A stretch of 63,890 nucleotides of DNA, counting the filler, from Reclinomonas americana ATCC 50394 (Eukaryota): NCBI GenBank assembly GCA_048213135.1. It is 5 parts of 3 records of this genome, joined end to end, with 100 filler letters (N's around TTAATTAATTAA, not from the genome) between each part and the next. Parts side by side here need not be neighbours in the genome. Positions count along the whole stretch, not along the records: positions 1 to 30,252 come from PS015227.1; 4 more parts are not named here. One strand, written 5' to 3'. This document shows positions 1-14,179 of this stretch, piece after piece. The notes under the pieces are model-generated. The model saw only the letters and a program-made list of their open reading frames with translations. It made no database searches and was not told the DNA's origin. Both the position numbers and the translations under genes were made by a program. Numbering within the stretch: the first letter of the stretch is position 1; each line of letters opens with the position of its first letter.

Positions 1-13
1 GGACGGACGACAC

Positions 14-60
<47 letters not shown>

Positions 61-369
61 CAAGGCTGATTGTCAAGTATCAAGGAGCCCATTCTCTCTC
101 CCTTCTCTCGCTGACTCTCCTTGTCTTTCCTTCTTATGCAGCTCTACACGCTTTCTCTCCTTTTGTCCCCCTCTGTTGCTCTCTCTTTCTCTCCGTATCT
201 CAATCTGTCTCTCTGTATCGGACTGTCAGCCACACTTGCGCTGCTGCTTGTGCAATGACCACTTTACTTGTCTGTGATCATGTAATTCTCCTCTGCCTCT
301 CTCATTGAACCTTCTCCTCGTTTCCTCGTACGCATCTCACCCACACACTTTTCTTCACCTGTGCCTCAG

Positions 370-747
370 AAGAACTGCGGAGCATTCGCCAGCTTCGCGA
401 GGTCGAAGTGATCAAGCGATGTGGCATTATGCAAAAGGGCGACGCGTCGACGGGCGGCAAGGAGCAGATGAAGGTGTGGTGCCTTTCGACCCTATCCGTG
501 CAGAAGCCTTTATACTGACAACAGAGTCTGGCAGACCTTCAAGCTCGGCGACATGCTCCGTCTGCGCAAACTGCTGCCGCACGCGCGCAACCCCGCCGAC
601 GACGTGATTATGGTGGAGCGTGATGGGATTCTGTTCCGCATGGGAGCCAAGTACGTGTGCATTCCGGGAGATCCCTCAAAGACGGTGAGTGGGTGTCCAT
701 TCCTGTCTTCTTGCTCTGTATTCGTCTCTCTTTCTCTCACTCTCTCC

Positions 748-799
<52 letters not shown>

Positions 800-1188
800 C
801 TTCTCCTTGCTGCTCACCGAGTAACTTGCAGCCTCTCAACAAGCATCCGCTGTGGGAAGCCTTGCTGGTTTGTATGCGGCGATCTTCTATCGAACGAAAC
901 CGCGACGTTACTAATTGAATCGCAGAGTGGACCGCGCCTCACGGACACGGCGTCGGAGGTGACCTCTCAAGTTGCGAGGAGATTCATGTGGTACGGCGTT
1001 GTCAAGAGACTCACTGTGCATCGTTCACGCAGCTGAGTGAGAGTCGATCGCCACGGTACCCGACACCGGAGCATCCGATGTACGGCGACTCGCCAATGGC
1101 GCCAGGGTGAGTGATGAATGGGTTAGAAAGCAAAAAAAGAGAATACTTGGTGCTGTAACTCGCGTTTTTGTCCTGCACCTCGTGCAAG

Positions 1189-1227
<39 letters not shown>

Positions 1228-3567
1228 GAGAGAGACAGAGAGAGAGAGAGAGCAAGAGCCATTTTTTCGTTCTCCTGTCCCTCTTATGCTTTTCTTCAAC
1301 TCTTCACCGACCATTCTTTCTTTTGTGGGAGAATTGAGTCTCACAAGAAACTACTCGCTCCATATCTTCTCTCCATGCAGTTTCCGCTTCGCTTTCCAAT
1401 TGTTTCTCTCGCTCTGTTCTCTCCTCCTTACTCTCTTGTACTTCATTCCACTTCAACAAGTTTCCACTGTGCTTTCCGACTCTCTGTCTCTCCGTGCCTG
1501 TCTACTCCAAACTCACGCCCTCTCCCTCTTCCCCTATCCCCTTCCCACTTCCCCCTTCTCTTCCTCCTTCTCATCCCCTTTTCTTTCCCCTACTCCTTCC
1601 TCCTTTTCTCCTCCGTCTTACCCCCTTCTCTTCCCTCTTTTGCCTTCACTTCCCCATCTCTCCCCCTTCACTTTCCTCTTCTCTTTTCCCCTTCTCTTTT
1701 CTTATTTCTCATCTCTGCCTCCTTCTCTTCCCCCTCTCACACCCCGTTCCCCCTTTTCCCACAGCGCCCCTCTCTCCCCCAAGCGCTCTCCGCGCCACTC
1801 CTTCTCCTCCTCCTCCATTGGCCCGTCGCACCTGGACGAGCACTTTGGCCGCCAGACGCACTCGGCCATGCACCGGCCACCGCCGCTGGAGCGCCTGGAC
1901 AGTCTGCGCGTGCTGAGCCCGCTGGTGAGACTCTATGCAATGATGCCCTGCATTAACCCTTTTCCCCCCATCTCACTCTCGCACTACAGGGCTCGCCACC
2001 CATGGGCTCTCCGCGCGCTCGTGCTGCAGCCGCAGCGGCAGCTGCAGCAGCGGCCGCTGGCGGCAACCAGTCCATGACCGGGGCTCCGTCTGTGGCCTCG
2101 GCCGCCGCCGCCGCCCCCACTGCGGCGCCCGGCATGCCACCATCAGTGTACGTGCCACCACCGCTGCGTACGTCAGCCAGCCAGCCGGGCGGCATTGGTC
2201 TGCACTCCTCCACATCGCCGAGAAGATATCCGCTCTCGCCGGGTCGCGCACCATCGGAGCACGGTGGTGCAGGCACACCGTCGTCGACTGTGCGCTTTGC
2301 CGATCAGCCCAACCTGGTGCGCACGCCGCGCAGAGCAGGCACACCGCAGGGGCCGTCGCTGCAGGTCGAGATGAAACGTAAGTGCTGCACACACACGTGT
2401 CTCTGCTTCGCTCGTGCTCACCATGTGCGCGTTTTGTGCAGCGCACCCCAATCTGCGGTACTTCACCAAGTCGGACGAGCCGGTGATGGTGCCGGACGTG
2501 CAGTTCTCGGTGAGCTACTCTGGAGAAGAAAGATAGCTCTTATTCACCGCACTGACCTCGCATTGGTTTCGTGTGCAGACAAAGCCGTTGGCCACCACCG
2601 ATGCCACGGTCAAGATCCTTATGATTGGCAACTCGTCAGGTACACTCGCAATGTCCCTGTTGGTGAATCAACTCGCCCCCCTCACACACATTCGCAGTCG
2701 GCAAGAGCGTCTTTTGCCAAAAGGTGTCGCAAAACGACGACTCGTACGATCCTTCCAGTCTCCGTGCCACCGTTGGCGGTTCGTGCCACTTGATCGTAAT
2801 GCGTTGCAATGAGAGAGCTCACCCTTGTGTGCCTTGCAGTGGAGATGTACAGCCTCTACGCCAAGTTCCCCAATCGCAACGTGAAGATTTTGGTTTGTCA
2901 TCTCGTCGGTGTCACATTCTGCGAGCTTTGGAACTCACCTATCTTCGCATGCAGCTAATGGACACGCAAGGCTCCGACAACACCATGACGGTCATCTCCA
3001 GCTACTTCCGGAGGGCGCACGCTTACATACTGATGTGCGACGTCACGGATCGACAGTCGTTTGAGGTGAGACACCAGAAAGCCAGTTTCGTACCCCCCTT
3101 CTTCTATCATCTCATTGTCTCGCAGAATCTGGAGCGCTGGCACGATCAGGCCCAGTCCGCCGGTCGGTCGCGCAATTCCTACACGCTGTTGTGCGACACG
3201 GCAATTGCCAACAAGGTCGACAAGGACATTCGACAGTATCGCGTGCGACAACGCGATGCCTTCCAGCTGGAGAGCAAGTATGATTTGCAAGTGTTGCGTC
3301 GGATGGTGTTGTTGTTGTTGTTGTTGAATGCGTGATGATGTGACGACTGACAGCGTGTGTGGGATCTCCAGCATTCCGTGCTCGGCGCTGTCAATGAGCA
3401 GCGAGACGCTGCGCCAGATTTTGGCGCGCACCGTCGTGTCGGTGCTGCGCCGCATGGACGACTTGTACTATGATGCCGACAAGGCACAGTCGATTGCCGA
3501 GTGGGACGTGATTGGCATCCAGCAGCAGCGCGCGCAGATTGAGAAGAAGGCCTGCTGCAATTTGTAG
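370..3567 (+). CDS. Large multi-exon Rab-like small GTPase with SH3-like N-terminal segment and Ala/Pro-rich linker (5' end not resolved)
   Basis: About 13 exons join in frame through GT-AG introns. G-boxes: GNSSVGKS (G1), ATVGVE (G2), DTQGSD (G3), NKVD (G4), CSAL (G5). Rab-like SSYFRRAHAYILMCDVT. Prenylation-type C-terminus KACCNL* (TAG 3565-3567). Confidence 0.8.
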
Positions 3568-3689
3568 TCCTATGTGAGGGATAGAGTGTTTGAGGGGAAG
3601 AATGGGAGAGTATTGTGAGAGTGAAATGCATGTGCGATGACGACGCGTTACTGTGGGCATGAAGACTGCATTTTCTCCCGTCGTCAACC

Positions 3690-6760
<3,071 letters not shown>

Positions 6761-7038
6761 TGGCGTTGGAGAGACAGAGGAGAGGACTTGTGTTGTCCTC
6801 TCGATCTCCAACTTGCATGCAAGCTCGACGTTTTGTTCTCACTTGTGCGCATTACGTGGCGAGCACCATCTGTGCACAGAGCAAGCTCCAACATAATTAC
6901 GAGGCGTATTCTGCTGTACAACAAACAAATCACTTCATTCACCACATTTCAATATATATTGTGCGATATCGATAAACGCCCACAAATCCCTAGGCCTTGC
7001 CGACAATGACCTTGGCACACCAACAATATACAAACACA

Positions 7039-7461
7039 TTTTGGATACGGTTGAACTTGGTCATCAAAACAGCTGTTGCTTGTTTGTTGGTGATCATGAA
7101 TGAATTGTTGTTGTTTATTACGTACTTCTCCAACAGTCATCTTCCCTTCCAGGAGGCAAAGCCAATCAAACGCGTGCACGTGTTGGCCTCGAGGGGATTT
7201 CAAGTGTACATGTGCGCTTGTACATGCATATGCACTGCATGTTACCTTGCTCACTGATCATGAGAAAGCAAACTGCTGCGCGTTGATCGGGAGCAGAGCA
7301 TGCTCTTTGGAGTCGAATTCACTGCTGTGCGCGCTTGCAGCTGTTGACTTCGAGGTCCGGCACCCGCGCAGGTTGTTCTCTGCCTTTTCAACAACAACAA
7401 ATTCATTCACCAACAAACAAGCAACAGCTGTCTTGATGACCAAGTTCAACCGTATCCAAAA
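7039..7461. mobile_element. MITE/foldback-like element with ~75-bp terminal inverted repeats
   Basis: TTTTGGATACGGTTGAACTTGGTCATCAAAACAGCTGTTGCTTGTTTGTTGGTGA... (7039-7116) is the near-perfect reverse complement of 7390-7461. Non-coding interior; no clear target-site duplication. Confidence 0.55.
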
Positions 7462-7659
7462 CGTCAACACGGACACCAATCTTGAGGCAGCAGCAGGTTC
7501 CTTTTGTGTGTGTGTTCGTTCTCGGTGCGCTGTGAAGCAATCTTTTGTCTCTTTCCCTGTCTCTCTCCCTCTCCCTCGCCCCCAGCGGCCTCGAGCTTGC
7601 GCGCGTTCATTGAACGTGCGATGAAGAAAACAGCAGGGCCGCGAAGAACCGCGCCGCGC

Positions 7660-9329
7660 TTACCAACGCGTTTCGGGGTAACAGCCAAANNNNNNNNNNN
7701 NNNNNNNNNNNNNNNNNNNNNNNNNNNNNNNNNNNNNNNNNNNNNNNNNNNNNNNNNNNNNNNNNNNNNNNNNNNNNNNNNNNNNNNNNNNNNNNNNNNN
7801 NNNNNNNNNNNNNNNNNNNNNNNNNNNNNNNNNNNNNNNNNNNNNNNNNNNNNNNNNNNNNNNNNNNNNNNNNNNNNNNNNNNNNNNNNNNNNNNNNNNN
7901 NNNNNNNNNNNNNNNNNNNNNNNNNNNNNNNNNNNNNNNNNNNNNNNNNNNNNNNNNNNNNNNNNNNNNNNNNNNNNNNNNNNNNNNNNNNNNNNNNNNN
8001 NNNNNNNNNNNNNNNNNNNNNNNNNNNNNNNNNNNNNNNNNNNNNNNNNNNNNNNNNNNNNNNNNNNNNNNNNNNNNNNNNNNNNNNNNNNNNNNNNNNN
8101 NNNNNNNNNNNNNNNNNNNNNNNNNNNNNNNNNNNNNNNNNNNNNNNNNNNNNNNNNNNNNNNNNNNNNNNNNNNNNNNNNNNNNNNNNNNNNNNNNNNN
8201 NNNNNNNNNNNNNNNNNNNNNNNNNNNNNNNNNNNNNNNNNNNNNNNNNNNNNNNNNNNNNNNNNNNNNNNNNNNNNTGCGCGTTTGGTCACTGGCGAGT
8301 GGTGACGAGGTGCGACGACTGCAAGGACACACTGGCACAGTGTATACCGTCGCCATCACTCCCGATGGCCACTTTGTTGTGAGTGGGAGTGAAGACAGGA
8401 CAGTGCGAGTGTGGTCCCTGGCGAGCGGAGTGGAGGTGCGACGGTTGGAGGGACATACTGACTGGGCATTTGCTGTCGCCGTCTCTCCCGACGGCCAGCA
8501 CATTGTGAGCGGCAGCCCCGACCGCATTGTGCGAGTGTGGTCTTCGCTGTACGCGCTGGTCGGCCGTGAGCTCTATTGTGCGCGACGTGCGCTGCAAGCG
8601 GTGCAGGAGATGCAGAAAGGAGGAGGAGCGGAAGATGGATTCGAAGCGCGGTGCCTGCCGGAGATGGTGCTGCGGTGCTTCTTGGTGGAGGAGGCCCAAG
8701 CGTTGCTCTTTCGANNNNNNNNNNNNNNNNNNNNCCGTTTTGTCATAACTTCCACTGACAACGTGTTGACCGTCTGGAGTAATGGCCACAGACTGAACCC
8801 TGTCTGTGTGACCCGTCAACCGTCGCACTTCCTCTCCGCTCGCCAGCGACAGAACGCGCATTGTTCTATCAAGGTTACCACTCACGACGTGCAGACCATC
8901 GGGTGTGACGGCGATAGCCAGCACTAGCCCACGGTAGACCCCCAGCTGACGCACTTTTTCACCGTGCAACACTCGCACAGTGGTGTCACCAATGACTAAT
9001 CGACCATCGTGTGTGGCGGCGACGCATCGCACCCATCCAAAGTCCCTCTCGACCTGTCGCACCTCCTTTCCACTCGCCAGTGACCACGCTCGCACAGTTG
9101 TGTCATGGCTGCCACTCACAATGTGCTGACCATCGGGAGTGACAGCGACAGCGGCAACCGATCCTCTGTGTCCCTCCAACCGTCGCACCTCCTCTCCACT
9201 TGCCAGCAACCACACGCGCACTGTTCTATCACCACTTCCGCTCACCACATGCTCACCGTCGGGAGTGAAGGCCACAGACATCACCGCACCCGTGTGTCCT
9301 TTCATACACTTGGGTAGGAGAGACGACAT
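7660..9329 (-). CDS. WD40-array copy 1 (7 repeats plus conserved C-terminal domain), split over three contigs with the middle one reversed
   Basis: Minus 9329-8735 (MSSLLPKC...SYDKT) joins plus 8278-8713 (VRVWSLASG...AQALLFR), then minus 7689-7660 (FGCYPETRW*). The joined protein has exactly 7 WD repeats. Confidence 0.8.
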
Positions 9330-9562
9330 TGTCAGCAAGGGGGAGCAGAGAGGGTATGGCGAAGGGAGGACAGTAAGAGAAGGACGGGAGGCGAGCGCAA
9401 CGACTGGCGAGGATGGAACGAAAGATGGCCAGATGTGTGCGGGACGGACACGAATTCCTTCTTTGAAGTTCGTTGCCTCGTTGCCAAGGCCAAGTTTAGC
9501 TATGTTTCTCGATGCGAGCGACAAGAACAAGAGCAAGACTCTCGCCAGTTAGTTGCCTTCAT

Positions 9563-10633
9563 TCACCAATGCATCTCGGGGTAACAGCCGAATCGAAAGA
9601 GCGCCGCTTCGGCCTCCTCCACCAAGAAGCACCGCAGCACCATCTCCGGCAGGCACCGAGCATTGATCTCATCCTCCACTCCTCCACCTTCCTGCATCTC
9701 CTGCACGACATGCAAGGCCCGCCGTGCACTGTCGAGCTCACAACCGGCCAGGACGTACGGCGAGGACCACACTCGCACAGTGCAGTCGGCCCCGCCGCTC
9801 ACCACGTGCCGCCCATCGGAAGAGACGGCAACGGACCGCACCCGTCCAGTGTGTCCATAGAGTCGTCGCACCTCCTCCCCGCTCGCCAGGGACCAGACAC
9901 TCACCGACCAGCTGTCAGCGACTCCGCTGACAACGTAATCTCCACAGGTGGAACTCGTGTGCCCACAGAATTGATGCACCTCCTCGCCACTCGCCAGTGA
10001 CCACACACGCACCGTGTTGTCCAGACTCCCACTCACGACGTGCTGATTGTCGGTGGTGACGGCCAGCGACATGACCTCTCCCTTGTGGCCTTGATTGCGA
10101 CGCACTTCTTCACCACTCGCCAATGAGTACACTCGTATCGCACTCCCACTACCGCACACTACGCGCTGGCCGTCGGGGGTGACCGCCACAGACAACACCC
10201 AGTTAGCTTGTTCCTCCATACGCCGCACCTCGTCACCACTCGCCAGTGACCACACTCGCACCATCCTGTCCGAGCCACCACTCACCACATGCTCACCGTT
10301 GGGTGTCACGGCGACAGAGTACACAATCCCATAGTGCCTATCAAACCATTGCACCTCCTCGCCACTCGCCAGTGACCACACTCGCACCGTCTTGTCATGG
10401 CTGCCACTCACGATGCGCTGTGAATCGGGAGTGACAGCGACACACATCACCCAGTGCGCGTGTCCCTCCAGTCGCCGCACATGCTTTCCACTTGCCAGTG
10501 AATGCACGCACAGTGTCTTGTCCTTGCTGCCACTCACAAGGTGCTGACCGTCGGGAGTGATGGCGACGCACATCACTGCACTCTGGTGCGCATTCAGGCA
10601 CTTGTGAGGATGAAAGGGAGTGGCTGCTGACAT
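9563..10633 (-). CDS. WD40-array copy 2 (6th repeat partly deleted)
   Basis: Intronless ORF with GH...VAVTPDG...SGSxDxTVRVWSLASG repeats; ends RCLPEMVLRCFLVEEAEAALFRFGCYPEMHW. Confidence 0.92.
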   Translation of the reverse strand: MSAATPFHPHKCLNAHQSAVMCVAITPDGQHLVSGSKDKTLCVHSLASGKHVRRLEGHAHWVMCVAVTPDSQRIVSGSHDKTVRVWSLASGEEVQWFDRHYGIVYSVAVTPNGEHVVSGGSDRMVRVWSLASGDEVRRMEEQANWVLSVAVTPDGQRVVCGSGSAIRVYSLASGEEVRRNQGHKGEVMSLAVTTDNQHVVSGSLDNTVRVWSLASGEEVHQFCGHTSSTCGDYVVSGVADSWSVSVWSLASGEEVRRLYGHTGRVRSVAVSSDGRHVVSGGADCTVRVWSSPYVLAGCELDSARRALHVVQEMQEGGGVEDEINARCLPEMVLRCFLVEEAEAALFRFGCYPEMHW

Positions 10634-10780
10634 CACGACGGAGGGCGGTATGGAGAAGGTGGGCGGACGGACTTCTTTCGAAGTTGTCTTGTCGCGAGTC
10701 TGCGCAGAGTCTCCACGAGAGCGAGTGGGAAAACAAGAGGAGAACAGGACGGTGCAGACTTTGCATGCGCGCGGCCTTCA

Positions 10781-12242
10781 TTACCAATGCAACTCAGCAT
10801 CCGTGCGACAGCGGAACACGACGACCTCAGCCTCCTCCACCAAGAAGCACCGAAGCGCCACTTCAGGCAGGCACCGATCTCCTCCTCCTCCTCCTCCTCC
10901 TCCTCCTCCTCCTCCTCCTCCTCCTCCTCTTCCATCCTGCATCTGCTGCACGGCTTCCAGGGCCCNNNNNNNNNNNNNNNNNNNNNNNNNNNNNNNNNNN
11001 NNNNNNNNNNNNNNNNNNNNNNNNNNNNNNNNNNNNNNNNNNNNNNNNNNNNNNNNNNNNNNNNNNNNNNNNNNNNNNNNNNNNNNNNNNNNNNNNNNNN
11101 NNNNNNNNNNNNNNNNNNNNNNNNNNNNNNNNNNNNNNNNNNNNNNNNNNNNNNNNNNNNNNNNNNNNNNNNNNNNNNNNNNNNNNNNNNNNNNNNNNNN
11201 NNNNNNNNNNNNNNNNNNNNNNNNNNNNNNNNNNNNNNNNNNNNNNNNNNNNNNNNNNNNNNNNNNNNNNNNNNNNNNNNNNNNNNNNAAGGGGCACTCT
11301 GCATGGGTGCGCTCGGTTGTCGTCACGCACAATGGCGAGTACGTTGTCAGCGGGAGTGAGGACAAGACAGTGCGCGTGTGGTCACTGGCGAGTGGCGAGG
11401 AGGTGCAACGGATGGAGGGGCACACGGGAGATGTCATGGCAGTCGCTGTCTGCGCGGATGGGCTGCACGTGGTGAGCGCGAGTGGGAGCCCGGATTTGAC
11501 GGTGCGTGTCTGGTCCACGGCCAGTGGTGAGGAGGTGCGACAGCTGGTGCGCGAGGTCGGCGATGTGATGTGTGTTGCCGTCTCTCCCGATGGCCAGCAG
11601 TTGTGAGCGGCGGAGACGACGTCAAGTTGCGAGTGTGGTCGTCGCCGCTCGGCCACGCTCAATGGGAGCTCGACGGCGCACGGCNNNNNNNNNNNNNNNN
11701 NNNNGCAGAACTCGCACCTCCTCGCCACTCGCCAGCGACCACACGTGCACTGCGCAGTCGGAGGCCCCACTCACAACGTGCTGCGCGTCGGGAGTAAACG
11801 CCACCGAGAACGCATGCGCACAGACGCCCTTCAAGCGAAAGCACCGCAGCTGGTCTCCACTCGCCAGTGACCACACACGCACGGTCTTGTCGTTGCCGCC
11901 ACTCGCAATGAGCTCGCCCGAGGCGCTAATGGCGATCGACCACACCAGTCCCTTGTGCGCCTGCATTCGTCGCACCTCCTCGCCACTGGCCAGTGACCAC
12001 ACACGCACGGTCTTGTCCTCACTGCCGCTCACAATGTGCTCGCCGTTGGGTGTGACGGCCACGCAGCGCACCCAGTGTGTGTGGCCCTCCAGTCGACGCA
12101 CCTCGGCGCCACTCGCCAGTGACCACACGCGCACAGTGTGGTCCATGCTGCCGCTGACAACGTGCTGCCCGTCGGGTGTCACGGCGACGCCCATTGCGCG
12201 CTCCGTGGGCCCCTCAAGGTAACGAGGAGCGCGGGCCAACAT
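10781..12242 (-). CDS. WD40-array copy 3, split over three contigs (11289-11684 reversed), with an apparent 1-nt frameshift near 11599
   Basis: Four repeats on minus 12242-11705, three on plus 11289-11684, C-terminal domain on minus 10965-10781 with a poly-Gly linker. CAGCAGTTGTGA lacks one base relative to the paralogous QH-VVSG. Confidence 0.72.
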
Positions 12243-12293
12243 GAGCGATGAGAGGAAGACAAAGGTGACAACGAAGAGGACATGACTTTTTCT

Positions 12294-12452
12294 TCACTCG
12301 TCGCTGCGGCAACGAAAGAGCACCACCTCGGCCTCCTCCACGATGAAGCAGCGCAGCACCAACTCGGGCAGGCAGCGCGAATCGGCGACTCGTTTGTCTT
12401 GCACGTCACGAGCTCGGCAAGACTGCAGCTCCACTCTGTGAACTTCATTCAT
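12294..12452 (-). other. Stand-alone copy of the WD40-family C-terminal domain (52-aa ORF or gene remnant)
   Basis: MNEVHRVELQSCRARDVQDKRVADSRCLPELVLRCFIVEEAEVVLFRCRSDE*, with no WD repeats attached. Confidence 0.7.
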
Positions 12453-12466
12453 TCGTGTACAAGTGC

Positions 12467-13534
12467 TCACCATTGCAGGTCGGGATCCGTGCGGCAGCGG
12501 AAGACGACGACCTCGGCCTCCTCCACCAAGAAGCACCGCAGCACCATCTCCGGCAGGCACCGCGAATCCGTCTCCTCCCGCACTTCCTGCACGGATTGCA
12601 GAGCTCGTCGCGCGCTCTCGAGTTCGTGGCAGGCAGCGGCAAACGGTGACGACCACACGCGCACGATCACGTCCTTGCATCCGCCCACAATGTGCTGCCC
12701 GTCGGGAGAGACGGCCACAGATATCACACCCGAGTGCGCTTCCAGTCGTCGCACCTCCTCGCCACTTGCCAGCGACCAAACTCGCACGGTCTCGTCATCG
12801 CCTCCACTCACCACGTGCCGACCGTCGGGCGTGATCGCCACGCAGAACACGTACTTGCCCGCGTGACCCTCCAACCGGTGCACCTCTTCTCCAGTCGCCA
12901 TGGACCACACCTGCACGGTCTTGTGGTCGCTCCCAGTCACAACGTGCTCACCATCGGGAGTGATAGCGACACACCACACCGCGTTGGAGTGACCCCGCAG
13001 CTGTCGCACCTCCTCCCCACTCGCCAGTGACCACACGCGCACCGTCTTGTCCCAGCTCCCACTCACAGCATGCTGACTGTCTGGAGCGAAGGCAACACAC
13101 GTCACCACGTCCTCATGCCCCTCCAACAGGTGCACTTGTTTTCCGCTCGCCAGGGACCACACACGCACCGTCTTGGTATGGCCTCCACTGACAATGTGCC
13201 GACCATTGGGAGAGACAGCGACGGCAAGCACCCAACCATATAGCCCCTCGATTCGCCGCACTTGCTTCCCGCTCACCAGCGACCACACTCGCACTGTCAA
13301 GTCAAAACTGCCACTGACCGCGTGCTGTCCATCGGGAGAGACGGCCACAGAGCGCACCCACGCAGTGTGTCCCTCTAGCTGCCGGACTTGCGCACCACTG
13401 GCCAGTGACCACACACACACCGTCCTGTCGTTGCCACAACTGACTACGTGTTGGCCGTCGGGAGTGATGGTGACACTGGCCACAGAGGCCGTGTGTCCAA
13501 ACAAGCAATTGCGAAGGAGAGCGGGGAACGACAT
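12467..13534 (-). CDS. WD40-array copy 4 (355 aa)
   Basis: Complete intronless ORF, 7 WD repeats plus conserved C-terminal domain. Confidence 0.94.
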   Translation of the reverse strand: MSFPALLRNCLFGHTASVASVTITPDGQHVVSCGNDRTVCVWSLASGAQVRQLEGHTAWVRSVAVSPDGQHAVSGSFDLTVRVWSLVSGKQVRRIEGLYGWVLAVAVSPNGRHIVSGGHTKTVRVWSLASGKQVHLLEGHEDVVTCVAFAPDSQHAVSGSWDKTVRVWSLASGEEVRQLRGHSNAVWCVAITPDGEHVVTGSDHKTVQVWSMATGEEVHRLEGHAGKYVFCVAITPDGRHVVSGGDDETVRVWSLASGEEVRRLEAHSGVISVAVSPDGQHIVGGCKDVIVRVWSSPFAAACHELESARRALQSVQEVREETDSRCLPEMVLRCFLVEEAEVVVFRCRTDPDLQW

Positions 13535-13704
13535 GAATGAGAGGGGAAGAGAAGGAGGAGAGAGGGTAAAGAGAAGGGAGGGGAAAGGGGTGTGTGCGTG
13601 AGATATGCAATGAATGAAGGCAGGCGGGACGAGCGAAGTCTCTCATCACTACCGCATGGCGCTGTGGTATTTATTCACGTCACGCGCTCTCTGCGTGTGG
13701 CCCA

Positions 13705-14013
13705 TCACCAATGCAGGTCGGGGTCCATGCGACAGCGGAACACGACGACCTCGGCCTCCTCCACCAAGAAGCACCGCAGTACCATCTCCGGCAGGCACCG
13801 ATCTTCTTCTTCTTCTTCTTCTTCTTCTTCTTCTTNNNNNNNNNNNNNNNNNNNNNNNNNNNNNNNNNNNNNNNNNNNNNNNNNNNNNNNNNNNNNNNNN
13901 NNNNNNNNNNNNNNNNNNNNNNNNNNNNNNNNNNNNNNNNNNNNNNNNNNNNNNNNNNNNNNNNNNNNNNNNNNNNNNNGCAAGCAATTGTGAACGAGAG
14001 CGGGGAACGACAT
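13705..14013 (-). CDS. WD40-array copy 5 (middle lost in a gap)
   Basis: MSFPALVHNCL, N gap, poly-Glu, DRCLPEMVLRCFLVEEAEVVVFRCRMDPDLHW*. N-terminus nearly identical to copy 4. Confidence 0.7.
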   Translation of the reverse strand: MSFPALVHNCLXXXXXXXXXXXXXXXXXXXXXXXXXXXXXXXXXXXXXXXXXXXXXXXXXEEEEEEEEEEDRCLPEMVLRCFLVEEAEVVVFRCRMDPDLHW

Positions 14014-14179
14014 GAATGAGAGGGGCAGAGACGTGGGTTAAAGGGAGACGTGAGGGGAAGGGAGTGGGCTGCGTGAGTGTGAGATACTTGTATGAATCGG
14101 GGCACAGCTGGGCGCGGGACGGACGAGAAGTCATGACGCTGTGGATTCACTTTTAAAGCCACTCTCTGTGTGTGGCCCA

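Noticed and set aside
1107-1956. Long Ser/Leu/Pro- or Glu/Arg-rich ORFs here and at 31016-31790, 36500-36880, 37430-39950, 41480-41940
   Set aside because: Translations of C/T-rich intron tracts and microsatellites that lack stop codons by composition.
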